Shown here: positions 1 to 12,107 of the stretch, piece by piece
Layout of the letters: every line of letters starts with the position of its first letter
Position numbering within the stretch: the first letter of the stretch is position 1
Source of the DNA: Nemertoderma westbladi
Taxonomy: Eukaryota > Animalia > Xenacoelomorpha
Length of the DNA stretch: 64,000 bases
Direction: 5' to 3'
NCBI GenBank assembly: GCA_032718475.1
Contig: JAUCBJ010002580.1
Span: forward strand, 19,101 to 83,100
Notes under the pieces: model-generated
Told to the model about the DNA's origin: nothing
Seen by the model: only the letters and a program-made list of their open reading frames with translations
Database searches by the model: none
Position numbers and translations under genes: made by a program

Positions 1-2219
1 ACCAAGTCTACGTGCTAGCAGAACAACGAAATCTGCCTTGCCGCGGCATGACTGGTCCTCTCTGTTGCAACAGCCAAGTGTGAGATCCAGCTTCACACTA
101 CAGCTGAGCAACAGGTATGAGGCCCTTGCCTCTGAGGCGGCAGATCACTGTGAGGGCTATACTGCCTTTACAGAAGCAGTTAAGTTAGCAGCTGCAGAAA
201 CAGTTCCTGTATACCCTTGAAACAGGAAAAGGGCCCCCTGGACTGACAAAAAAATTCAAAAGTGCCGAAATGACCTTCATAAGGCGCAGAAAGAGTCCCG
301 ACTCAAACAGACTACAGCAGCCAAGAATGCAGTTAAGGCTGCATCTAGGTCCCTGAGCAGGCAGTACTCTGTTAATCTACAGGAGCTAATAAGCCAACAG
401 GTTGATGCCATCAATGATGCTGACGACAGCAGGCATTCATCCCAGGCATGGAAATCAATCAATCTGTTTACTGGGCGGAAAAGCCAACCAACCACCAAGG
501 TTAAGGCTGAATCACCAGCCGATCGCCTCAATGGTTGGAAAGCCCACTTTGAAAAGCTCCTCAATAATGACAGGGTATTGCCTGATAACTTTATAGAAGT
601 AAAGGTGTCTGAGTCTGTACTCCCAGATATTCCCATTGGCGATATCTCCTTTGCAGAAGTGAAGGCTGCTGCAAAGAGCATTAAGACCAATCGTGCCAGT
701 GGAGTTGATGGTGTTCCCCCTGAGGTCTTTAAAATACCTGAGTGTTTAAAGCTCATCTATCCCATCATAGTAGACATGTACCGTACAACAAGAGTCCCAC
801 AATAAATGAAAACAAATAAGTTGGTGCCAGTTCCCAAGAAGGGCAACCTAACACTCTATGGTTCTTTTTGGGGAATCTCATTGATCTCGATTGCTGCAAA
901 GCTATACAATAGGATTCTATTAAATTGCATCAGGGATCCCATTGAGAGACTGCCCCGTGGAAATCAAAATGGGTTCCGTAAAGGTCGTGGGACCATGGAG
1001 CCCATTTTGGCACTTGGAAGGATAATTGAAGAATTATCAAAAAAGAAAGACAGGCATCTGGCTGTTATCTTTGTTGACTTCTTCAAGGCCTTTGATTCAG
1101 TCTCTCGCTCACGTATGTTCAGCATACTTTCATTATAAGGGATTCCTGATGAAATTATTGCAGCAATCAGATCAGTATACGATGGTTCGACAACATTTGT
1201 GTCTACTGTTGACAGTGACACAGAACCATTTGAAGTGTTATGGGGCGTCCTCCAAGGAGACACGTATTGTGGTTGACTATGTTCTACGCATGTCCTTAGA
1301 TCATCATAATGATGATGGGGTGATGATAACTCCACCTACTGGCTCCAGAAGTCGAGGAAATCCTGCCAAGTACCTAACTGATCTAGACTTTGCTGATGAC
1401 TTAGGAGTACTCTCAGAATCATTAGAGGGAGCCCAACGGCTCCTCAGCTCATTAGAACATGCTGCTTCTAGTGTTGGTCTTTTTATTAACTCCAGAAAGA
1501 CCAAAATTCTGACAGTTAACTTTGAAAGTCCTCAGCAAGTCTCTGATCGGATGAGCATAAGCTCAAAGGATGGTATGCTTGAGCATGTCGACGACTTCTG
1601 TTACCTGGGATCATGGATCCGGAAGTCAGGTGAGGACCTTCGAATACGTAAGGGAAAGGCATGGGCAGCCTTGAAAAGGCTTTCCAGGATTTGGAAGTCA
1701 CCGAGAATTAATCGGAAACTTAAGGTCCGATTATTTAGAGCAGCAGTAGTTCCAGTACTCCTCTACGGGAGTCCATGCTGGGCTCTAACTGCTGAGGACA
1801 CCAAATCTCTGGATGGCACATTCACAAGAATGCTACGCCGGGTTCATTGTATCCAGTACAATGCACACATCTCCAACCAGACACTATATAACATTGGAGG
1901 TGTCTCATTGGTTCCCCCAAGCTTGACACTAGAACAAAATCGCCTCCGCTTTGCAGGACATTGCTTTTGCCGTTAGGACCAGCCTGTGCATAATCTTGTA
2001 CTTTGGCAGCCTCATGGAGTGAATAAGCATGGTGGACAGCCCATGACTTTCTTGAGACGCATCTTAAAGGACACTGGCCTTAAAGATGCGGATGATCTAG
2101 CAAATGTCATGGGTGATAGGGAGTTGTGGCGGTGCAATTTTGTTGACAAGCTGGCACAGCATTCTTAAAAATGCAGCTGCAATGCAGCATGCCGATCCTA
2201 GTAGTAGTAGTAGTAGTAG
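1..2219 (+). mobile_element. Degenerate LINE, RTE-group-like ORF2 (reverse transcriptase), running off the window start; (TAG)n tail
   Basis: Broken ORFs 578-805, 806-1138, 1026-1976 and 1986-2168 give RT motifs ASGVDG, PVPKKG, QNGFRKGR, VDFFKAFDSV, LDFADD, YLGS and RLRFAGHC. Ends in (TAG)7 at 2199-2219, directly abutting a BEL integrase. Confidence 0.9.
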
Positions 2220-5200
2220 GTAATTCTGCCTCTCGCTGTGTTAAAGGCCTACTAAAGGCTTTCCTATAGGGTATACAGTTCCTAAGAACTTGGTTTAGAG
2301 CTCTACGGGGCTTATGGAAATAATAGTGAGTTCGAATTTCGCTAAGAACTCGTTCTCTACCAGCATGGTAAAGCTTACTGTGAACATCTACAATCATCTT
2401 GATTTGTATTTTAAGATTTCTAATGAGTATGGGAAACTTAGTGTCAAAGGACAATGGAGCATTGGTTAATCTCCCTCCAACACGTATTAACCCATCTATC
2501 ATTGCGCTAGAGAAATGATCCCTTAAGTGCTTTGTGGATTTCTCAACAACAGGAAATACTTATCGGAATCCTCGTAACATTGCAGGAGTCTCAGTATCTG
2601 CTTCTTGGTATCACCATGTTCTTGGTAACTGATCTTCTCAGTCAGAAACCTATCAGGCACTCTATAAGTGGGAAGGTCTTTAGTAGCATGAACCTTTTCA
2701 GCTACTACTGGAGCGGTATCATTAGCAATCTTCGTCCTGGAATAGTGATGATGGAAACATCTTTTCAGATACACAATGGCCTTGCAAAGCCGATTCCAGG
2801 ACCTATAATGATCTATTGCTCTTTGTAGGGGAGGAGAGAGTCCTTGCGAGACGTCTGGTGTTCCAGATTTCCAGTCTCTTTCCCTGATTTCTATAACGGA
2901 TTTATTTATAGTTCGGGTAACATCCATGGATGAGTTTAGATCCACAGTGGCGTCACCGGCAGATCATACAGACAGATCTATCGCTGGCTTAAATAGCCTT
3001 GATTTACTCGTTCGAATTTTTGGTTTGGCTTTCTCTGCTCCCTTGGCTTGTCTGATCTCCGCCGTGGTAAGATGAGGGGGTCAATCCTCCTCTTCTTTAC
3101 TCAGGAAGTCGGGTCCACCTAACCAGTCTGGAGTATCTATCAATTCTTGAGTAGTTGCTCCTCTGGAAGCGATGTCAGCTGGATAAATCGTCCCAGGGCA
3201 ATGTCTCCATTGATCTATATTAGAGTGACTGAGTATAATGGCTACTCTGTTGGTAAAAAAGACGCTGAACTGACAGACTTCATTAGTTATATACTCCAGA
3301 ACAAGTAAAGCATCAGTCCAATAGACAGTTTTCTCTAGTGGATAGTCGATCTGTTCTGTTACTTTACGGCCGATGGCTGTAGCGTATAGAGCCGCCTTTA
3401 AATCCACTCTGGGAACTCGCAGTTTGTTGTTTATTAGGGCCTTAGAGGCGACTAATGAAACCTTAATTCCATCGGGAGTTTCAACCCTCAGGTAGGCTAC
3501 TATACCTATTCCAATATCGCTGGCATCTCCAAAAACATGGAGTTGATAGGAATACGTGGGGAGAACGTGACTGAAATACGAGCGGGAAATCGATAGATAG
3601 ATCGATAGATCGATAGATGGTAAAGAGTCTTCCCATTTCATCCACTTCTTTAGCAGTTCTCCCTTGAGTGGATCATTTTTGATGAGTGGAGTTTTTCATA
3701 CTCTACTGGTTTTCGGTTGAGGTCTCCTTCAGGCCACCACAGAAATTGTAGGCTGTCTCGATCCCTAGCTAACGCTTTAACTTGTAGAAACATGCCTTCA
3801 ATGTCCGAAGCGAAGGCGATCAAATATTGCCGCAGTCGTAGTAATATTCCCAACAAAGATTGGATTAAGTTGGGTCCCGGCAACAGTTCAGAATTTAGGC
3901 ATTGTCCCATATAAAGGGCAGAGCCGTCAAACACTACCTGGACTTTGTTTGGTTTACCGGGATTGGGAACGTAATGATGTGTCAAATAATACGTTCTCTC
4001 CATTATGGGTGTTTTTTCCGGAACTCTCTCCGTGTATCCCTTGTCTATAAACTTCTTTAATTGAGTTTTATACATTTTCTTGGCTCGATCGTTAGCTGTC
4101 AAACGCCGATGCAGTTGTGCAATTCTTTTTTCCGCTAAAGGTCGGTTATTCACAAAGCTGGGTTCTCTCTGCCTGAACAGTAGACCAATTGCATAACGAC
4201 CTTCATCTTTCAGATAACATGAGGTCATTTCCTGAATCTGCTTGGCTCTCTCTTCCTCGACTGATAACGCTTTGTCGTAGGAATTAGGCTCTACGGCTTC
4301 TTGAGTAAAGAATTATACGGCGTGTTCATCGCGTACTTTACTATTGTACCGCTCTACCGCTTCATTTAGTTCATCATAGTAAGTAATTCAATTGTTTGCT
4401 ATTTTGATTGATAACGTTATACAAGTTAACTTGGTTTAACCAAGTTTGATTCTCAGTAAGGAGTTCAATAGTATTTTCCTCGTCATATAAATTATGTACA
4501 TGGTCGTTATCAGAGGAGTATGGAGTTTCCTCAGCTGGGACTTCTTCACTTATTTCTTCCTCACATTTGTTTACCTGATGGACTTGCTCACTCGGGAGTC
4601 TTTCTTGCAAAGTCCCGTGGGAAGGTCCCGTGAAGTACCAACCAACTCTTGTTCTTCCCGTGTAGGTCTGGAGTGGTCGCGGTCGAGCAGGCCATTTTTC
4701 TATTGTCTCAAGCGCCTCGTGCGCATTTTGGCCGAGTAATATCTGTACCCCTGGATAATCGGTACTGAATCTAGGTATGTTGTATTGCTGGGTAAAATGA
4801 TCTTCGTCCCAGTTGTAAGGCTCCTCTTGGCTAGTAGCAAAGTTCTTTATCGCCACCATTTTAACTGACCTTACACTATTTTCACCTAGTTCATCCTGGG
4901 GAGTGGACAACGAACCCACGTAGTAATCGGTTAATACCATGGATTTCCAAACCTGCATATTTCCGGAAAGGTTCAGTTTGTTTCGAAATTTTGGTTGACC
5001 AACAAAGATATCTTCGGCTAGGTCTTTGTCTATAAAGGTGCCTGTACTGCCGGAGTCAAGGAGGGCATTCACTATTAAGCTCTTCCCTATTCCATATACC
5101 CTCAGTTGCACCACGGGAAACTGTCGGATACCGACAGATGATGTTGGTGCTTTCCATGTGAGCTGTCGGTCCGGAATAGACAATCAGGGTTCTTCTCCCT

Positions 5201-6690
5201 CCGTCTCCGTTTTGTACATAAGTGCTCGATAGACATTTGTGTTGATCATATAACAGGATTCATTTTTGTCTGAAAATTCATCAGTGTAGAATCCTTCCAT
5301 CTCCGAACTGTGGTCAGTATCATTCATATCACTGAATTGGACATGTAGTTTGGGCTCACTTACCTGACTCGTCCGGCAATCCCAATAACCTGAATTCCTA
5401 TAAATTGATCAATTTCATCCGCCAAGATCCGGAATACGGCAACTTGTTCATAAACTCGCATCCTGAGTTATAAGAGATTCATAGACGACCATATGAATAT
5501 AAAGCCAGAGAACGCGACTTAGAGAGAACAATCAAACCGAGGAAATTTCTCACTACACACGGTAAACCTACTGCTGTCGTGCAAAAGACCCATCAAGGAC
5601 CGGTAAGAGCTACAGTCCTGAAATGAGCTCTAAAGGTTGTTCGCCCTTGTTCCACCGATGTTGATATCGATCAACCGGGTACCTAAACCGCCGGATACAC
5701 CAACCGTAATCCAAAACCTTCTGATGCAATCATATTGCACCCTTCCCCCAGGAGTTATAGCCCTCCTAGTAAATAATAATAATAAGTAATAAGTAAATAA
5801 TCGTAAACCCCTCAACTTTCTTGATTACTGAGGTAAGCAGAGTAAGGGTTTACCAGTAGCAACTGTGACTCAAATTATAGTGGTTTTTTTGTGAATTAAA
5901 TGCTATTTCATTATCCCTACGTGTGTCAGTTGCAATCCTCCTTATATATAATCAAAATCAGTGACGGTCGGCAAATTAGTGTGAATTAGTGTAAACAAGT
6001 GGGAAGTAGTGTGAAGTCGTATGAAGGTTTATAAAGCATCTCCTAAAGAATGCGCTATTTACGAAACTCCATAGCCATCTAGTTGTGAGTAGTGTAAGTC
6101 AAAACTCTGTTTTTATACTTAAAGCGCCACGTCCTAAAGGAACTGTTAATATTTCCCTGAAAGTGAATATAGTTGTCAGAGATTATATAGTAGCAATCAA
6201 TCGAATAATACAAAGTAGCCTACAAAGCAATAACTTCCTCGGGAACCCGAATCCAGTCTCCCACACCGTGGGTCATACGCCGCGCACGGACTGGCTTCGG
6301 CAGATGTAAATTCAGTACACCAGGTAATTGTTACGGGCAAAGTTGATTCATAATTAAAAAGACAATTAAAATTGGCAGGTTAAACTGCTAAAGGTCTAAA
6401 AGCGTGAACACCCTGGTCATTGGAGCGCAGTGGGCGTGGGTGATAGTGTGGATGCAAGAGATCAGTAAGATAGGCCGGACCCATATTACTGTATTAAGGC
6501 ACACTTACTGTATATGTCAAAAGTGCTAATTTATTATCAATACGGCGCAGAATAGGCAGCCAATGAAGATCACGCAACACTGGTGTAATTTGCTCTGTTT
6601 TACCAAAACGTAACTTTATTGCCGAATTACTACTCTTGCCAAACGTGATAGTTGCCGAAACGCGATGTAACCACAGCTTTGCGACGTACA
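2220..6690 (-). mobile_element. BEL/Pao LTR retrotransposon 1, internally deleted and interrupted at its integrase by the LINE
   Basis: Protease LLDSGSTGTF (4374-5183); RT N-terminus YYLTHH/VVFDGSA/SDIEGMFLQV (3650-4228) lacking the YVDD core; Pao RNase H FGDASD/YWTD/WRHCPG/PADIASRG (3081-3641); integrase Zn region GGRL..H..H..C (2220-2502). Most of gag is absent. Upstream boundary uncertain. Confidence 0.85.
6510..6600 (-). mobile_element. Short L2-clade LINE-like fragment
   Basis: Minus strand reads QITPVLRDLHWLPILRRIDNKLALLTY, matching the HITPVL..LHWLP...RI..K motif typical of L2 ORF2 C-termini. Confidence 0.6.
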
Positions 6691-6753
6691 GTACCTGTGT
6701 GTAAGTGGTCGCCAGGCGCCCGCAGTCTGTCTGTAACAGTGTCTGTAACTCTG

Positions 6754-7153
6754 TCTGGATGGCACATTCACAAGAATGCTACGCCGGGTTCATTGTGTCA
6801 AGTACAATGCACACATCTCCAACCAGACACTATATAACATTGGAGATGTCTCATTGGTTCCCCCAAGCTTGACACTAGAACAAAATCGCCTCCGCTTTGC
6901 AGGACATTGCTTTTGCCGTGAGGACCAGCCAGTGCATAATCTTGTACTTTGGCAGCCTCATGGAGTGAATAAGCATGGTGGACAGCCCATGACTTTCTTG
7001 AGACGCATCTTAAAGGACACTGGCCTTAAAGATGCGGATGATCTAGCAAATGTCATGGGTGATAGGGAGTTGTGGCGGTGCAATTTTGTTGACAAGCCGG
7101 CACAGCATTCTTAAAAATGCAGCTGCAATGCAGCATGCCGATCCTAGTAGTAG
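6754..7153 (+). mobile_element. 5'-truncated 3'-end copy of the LINE at 1-2219
   Basis: Near-identical to 1808-2207 and ends in TAGTAGTAG. Has GAG where the first copy has a premature TAG (1974-1976). Sits inside the 32-bp minisatellite. Confidence 0.93.
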
Positions 7154-7690
7154 GCACCCGTAGTCTGTCTGTAACTGGTCGCCAGGCGTTAGCAGTTGCC
7201 TGTATCTGGTAGCCAGGCGCTAGCAGTCTGCCTGTAACTGGTATCCAGACGCCCGCAGTCTGTCTGTAACTGATAGCCAGGCACCAGCAGTCTGTCTGTA
7301 TCTTATGGTAGGCAGGCGCTAGCAGTCTGCCTTATCTGGTATTCAGATGCCCGCAGTCTGTCTGTAACTGGTAGCCAGGCGCCAGCAGTCTGTCTGTATC
7401 TGGTAGCCATAGGCGCTAGCAGTCTGCCTGTAACTGATATCCAGACGCCTGCAGTCTGTCTTTAACTGGTAGCCAGGCGCCAGCAGTTTGTCTGTATCTG
7501 GTAGCCATGCGCCAGCAGTCAGCCTGTAACATGGTAGCCAGGTGCCAGGATTCTGTCTGTAACTGGTAGCCAGGCGCCAGCAGTCTGCCCGTAACTGGTA
7601 GCCAGGCCCCAGCAGTATGCCTTTAACTGGTATCCAGACGCTCGCAGTCTGTCTGTAACTGGTAGCCAGTCGGCAGCAGTCTTTCTGTGA
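7154..7690. repeat. ~32-bp minisatellite (GGCGCCAGCAGTCTGTCTGTAACTGGTAGCCA-like)
   Basis: About 16 degenerate tandem units. One more unit lies at ~6706-6750, before the LINE insertion. Confidence 0.9.
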
Positions 7691-7854
7691 CAGTTAATCA
7701 TAAGAATGTAATTTAAAGTTATAATTAACACACAGTGGTATCTACACTAAGGTAGTTACTAATAATTGTTCTATAAAGGTCTTAATACTTGCCGCCTTTG
7801 ATTGCCTTTATGAGACTTTATTCATTGCATAAGTAATTGCCTTTGTCAAAAGTG

Positions 7855-7862
7855 TATAAATA
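7855..7862 (+). promoter_or_regulatory. Candidate TATA box of FReD gene 1
   Basis: TATAAATA about 90 bp upstream of ATG 7947, with an Inr-like TCAG about 40 bp downstream. Confidence 0.55.
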
Positions 7863-7946
7863 GGATGAGTTTTAGGCATTAAAACCATTCTCTATCAGAA
7901 AATTATCATAACTGTAGTTACAAAGTTATTTACAAATACTGTAAAA

Positions 7947-8003
7947 ATGTTACCCGTAAGTCTTAAACTATTTTCTCTGCTGCCAGCTTTTTTCCTACTC
8001 CAG
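7947..8003 (+). CDS. FReD gene 1 exon 1, signal-peptide-like
   Basis: ATG at 7947 encodes MLPVSLKLFSLLPAFFLLQ, followed by donor CAG|GTCAGT. Phase 0 matches the acceptor at 8953. Confidence 0.65.
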
Positions 8004-8718
8004 GTCAGTTTATTTAATGCATAAAGTATTCATTTAGCGTTGTTATCAGAATTATTCATTTAATGATTTGTTGACTGTTCACGTGAATAAAGAAACCCTT
8101 TATTAAGAATGTTAGATTTATTCATCAAAACAAAAAAAAATGTTTTCTCACAGAATTATTCCACAAACAGAAATTGTATTTAAACGGTTAGCATCCTAGA
8201 GAGAGTGACAACGCTGACATGACTGTAGCCAACTGCCAGTTTCTCACAAACTCTCTGTTAGTTATTCAGTTCACATTTATTTTGGTTTTTGTCCCAGTAT
8301 TGCAGACTGGTTTGCTATTATTATGGCCTCCCCCAGTCTGATGTGTCCGGATATCTATATTGGTTGTCCAGTTGTCCTTTTTAGTTGACAAGTTGTCCGT
8401 ATAGGTTATCCCCGTCTCCACCATTTGGTGTCACCTTATCCATAACAGGTCTCCCCATGTCGCGTTGGATATCCGTCTGTCCACTTCTGTTTCCCTGGCC
8501 ACATTTGTTGTCCCATTGTCCCCACACCAATTGTACCCCAACTCATATCAGTTTTCTTGTAATTTTGTAATATGTGGTGGATTTTTCAACATTTTCTATG
8601 ACAGGCCCACTTTTTGGAGTAGCATGTAAATAATATTAGCGATGATAACACTTAATAACTTAACCAGTAATATTATTTATTTAGTATATAAATGTATTAT
8701 GAAATGTATGAAATGTAT

Positions 8719-8880
8719 TAGCAGTCTGCCTGTAACTGGTATCCAGACGCCCGCAGTCTGTCTGTATCTTATGGTAGGCAGGCGCTAGCACTCTGCCTGT
8801 ATCTGGTATTCAGATGCCCGCAGTCTGTCTGTAACTGGTAGCCAGGCGCCAGAAGTCCGCCTGTAACTGATATCCAGACG
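8719..8880. repeat. Second block of the ~32-bp minisatellite, inside the FReD gene 1 intron
   Basis: About 5 units matching 7154-7690. Confidence 0.85.
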
Positions 8881-8953
8881 CCATCTGATCAGATGTGTGC
8901 AGAGGATTTAAAGAATTTAATAAACAATTTAAATTAATAATATTTCCTTCTAG

Positions 8954-9643
8954 GTTACAGAGTTGGAACAACAGAAAAATGAGTTGGAAGAGTTAGTTTA
9001 CAGGTTACAGGATACAGAGATAGTGAATTCATGCATTACACTGTATCAGATAATGGCTCCTCATTTAATAAAGCAGAAAGATGGGCTGAAGATTCAACAA
9101 AGAGTTGATGGATCTGTTGACTTCTATCGGAACTGGGATGATTATGTTGAAGGATTTGGCGACCCGAATGCCAATTTTTGGTTGGGGTTGGAAACGATCC
9201 ACAAGCTGAGTGAAAACGGGGTGAAGTTGAGAGTCGATTTGTGGTTCACTGGAGACGGAAATAAAAATCCGGAGGGAAATGGTGGTGAATGGAAGTGGGT
9301 GGAATACACCAACGAACACAAATACGCGGAATACACCAACTTCTCTATCGGATCAGCTGCAACTAATTATCGCCTACATGTATCCGGTTACCATGGTACT
9401 GCTGGTGACGATTTGTATTATACGCACAACGGTCTCCCATTCTCTACCAAGGACCGCGATAATGACAGGGATAAATACGACAACTGCGCCGTAGAACGTA
9501 CTGGGGCGTGGTGGTACACGTACTGCGCGTACAGAACGAGTAACTTGAACGGAGAATATGGGAAGATTTATAAAGGACCTAATTGGTTCCATTTTACTGA
9601 ATGGAATCCGGCTTCTCGAGTTGAAATGAAGATTTTGATTTAG
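8954..9643 (+). CDS. FReD gene 1 terminal exon: short coiled coil plus fibrinogen C-terminal domain (ficolin/tachylectin-5/FREP-like lectin)
   Basis: Acceptor TTTCCTTCTAG| at 8953. Intact ORF with IQQRVDGSVDFYRNW, GFG, FWLGLE.IH, LRVDL, YAEY..F.I, YRL.VSGY.GTAGD, FSTKDRDND, CA...GAWWY..C..SNLNG.Y and VEMKI. AATAAA signals near 9746-9760. Confidence 0.92.
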   Translation, partial: VTELEQQKNELEELVYRLQDTEIVNSCITLYQIMAPHLIKQKDGLKIQQRVDGSVDFYRNWDDYVEGFGDPNANFWLGLETIHKLSENGVKLRVDLWFTGDGNKNPEGNGGEWKWVEYTNEHKYAEYTNFSIGSAATNYRLHVSGYHGTAGDDLYYTHNGLPFSTKDRDNDRDKYDNCAVERTGAWWYTYCAYRTSNLNGEYGKIYKGPNWFHFTEWNPASRVEMKILI

Positions 9644-10954
9644 TAAAACTGTAAGTTTTATATAAAATTACTAAATAATTCCAATAGAGTTGCGTTGAGG
9701 ATTATAAACAATATTAATATAATATATATATCATAAACTAGTAAATAATAAAATAATAAATAAAATATTTATATAAATAAAATATATGATATTTGGGTGA
9801 AAAGTTCCTGATTAATAATAATGAGTTCCGGAATAAAAATCGTTTTTTTACAATAAAATTATTTACTTTAACGTTTTTATTATTTATTTTGCAGTTAGAA
9901 TTCCCAATAAGTTTTAGAAGAGACTGAATCTTGGCTATTCTGCTATATGTTACCAGTTTATATGTGTGATGGTTATGGGTTATTGGTTTATGTTTGGTTA
10001 ATATTTACAATATATTAATAAATTATAGTTGCAATAACTTAACTTTATTTACTTAACTTGATTAGACCAGGAGGGGCCGGTTGCATATAAATCAACCTTA
10101 GCTAAGGTGCACCTTAACTCATAAGTGTTGCCTTAAATATTTTGACATCCGTATCAGTTATCTGCCTAATATTACCTAATATATTTTATAGAAACATTTT
10201 GAGAACGTCAGAGGAGGTCCGAAAACAAAATTTTTACTTTTCAAAATCAGCTGATATTGGTAATTAATTGGTAATTAAAATTCTTCATCACCTAATAATA
10301 TCAAATAAATCCTATTATATTTTAACGCTTCTGTTTGAATATCGCCAGTTATTGGGTTTCTGGAACGGTTCCTGTGCCAAAGCGAGGGAGCGAAGAGGAG
10401 TCCTAAATGAACCGGAATCAGGGGCTGTCATGCCAACCGGGATATATTCCGAGCGATCAGTCGCCCTGACTACGGGGGTCGGGTAGACACGGGGGGAGCG
10501 GGAGTGGGGTCGGAAGGATTCCGAGGTGGCGGCCCGGAATACAGGAGGGATATCAAGCGAGTATTCCCACTCGAGGTAGAGTCGTAATTTATAAATAAAA
10601 ATACTGGTTAATAACAATAATTTTGATTAAATTTGAAAATAATTACAAAAAAAAAAAATCCACAAACATGCTAATATTAATACAACCAACCCGAGAATAA
10701 GTCGGCCGTTAATTAGATTGGCATTAACGGTGTATTAATTACCCCTCCGTGTTGCCAAGCAATAATTCTCTCAAGGTAATAGATGTTGCCATTCGCTACT
10801 CCATTGCGGTACATTATTTGATTGGAGTTGCATTTAATGTAGGATAAACAACCATAGTATACATGCATACAGTATATACACATAGTATATATGTACATAG
10901 TATACACGGGGGGGGGGGGGGGGGGGGGTGTGTTATAAAGCACACACTAACCAA

Positions 10955-11040
10955 TAGCGACACGAATTGACATGTATTATAGTGACACGTATTTTAGTGA
11001 CACGCATTTTAGTGACACGTATTTTAGTGACACGTATTGA
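10955..11040. repeat. Short tandem repeat (TAGTGACACGTATTT-like) next to a poly-G tract (10908-10928)
   Basis: Four to five near-identical 15-bp units; probably a subterminal repeat of a non-autonomous DNA element. Confidence 0.6.
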
Positions 11041-12107
11041 AATTAATATTACTCTACGTCCTACGATATGTGAAATATATCAAATTATGTCAACTACACA
11101 GAAAAACCAATAAGGACATAAAATCAGGTTAAGTTAGTAAATTATTTTATTATCATATTTGCTCTACTTGTTTTTTTCGTGCACCAGGCGGCACATTGAA
11201 AATGACCAGAAATTTTCTCGAATGTTTATATTTGAGTCTTTATTTTATTCTTTCGTCTGAGTCTTCAGTTATCTTTAAGACTAAATTCATGATCATAATC
11301 CAAAAAACAGCTATTACCGCAAATAAATATATTCTAACGATCTATAATTATAACAATCTTAGCACAAAAAATTATTTTGATGGGTGTCAGAAAGGGACCA
11401 CAGCACGAAAACTAACTCAGCCATAATTTATTGATATATTTGAAACAGAGACAGTTTTACCTCCATTCTCCGTGGCTGAGCCAGAATTGGCTGAGAATGG
11501 GCAACCGGGCTGGAGGCCACAATAATTATAAAATTATTAGCCAAAATAATATAATTATGAACCGCAACTATTAAAAACTGTGAAATTAATATGTTTTGTT
11601 ATTAAATTATATTATTATGTAACAGGTTAAAAAATATATGTGCCCGTCCCAGATCCCTTACATTACGTGTCCCAAAATAATACAGATTACATAACAACTG
11701 TGCAATTTAAGCACTTCGGCTACTTTTAAAATATGTATTACTGATATACAAAGTGTAATTTACTTTAATTAATTATTTTTCCTTACCTATAATTACACTT
11801 TTATTTCATTTTAGATAATACGACCTTCCTGGCTGAATTAAATAAAATAATAATAATTATTAATTATTATTGCTAGAACCACAAATAAAATCGGTTTCTA
11901 TGGAGAACAGCATAACCTTGGAAGCGCAAGGTTACAACGGTCAAACAACGGAAGTAGAAATGGAAGGACGGACAATACTAAGGTGTATGCCAAAGCTAAC
12001 AGATGTAGTGGCTCGACCCAAAAGTTATAACATTCATAGGTAAATGTATCAACAAAGATTTCAGCATTATATACTCGCGCACAAGAGCGCAAACCAGTTA
12101 CACTGAC

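Noticed and set aside
7154-7690. 32-bp and 37-bp repeats (also 63585-64000) as CRISPR arrays
   Set aside because: Units are head-to-tail with no unique spacers; ordinary minisatellites.
8154-8186. Possible extra FReD gene 1 exon (CAG|AATTAT...AAACG|GTTAG)
   Set aside because: In the required phase 0 it contains an in-frame TAA.
8963-9643. Diversity-generating-retroelement-style link between the RTs and the FReD lectins
   Set aside because: No template/variable repeat pair with adenine-specific differences; all RTs are ordinary LINE or BEL types.
11814-12045. Possible host exon(s) ending in AG|GTAAAT
   Set aside because: Short, no recognisable domain and no consistent gene model; may be a TE remnant.
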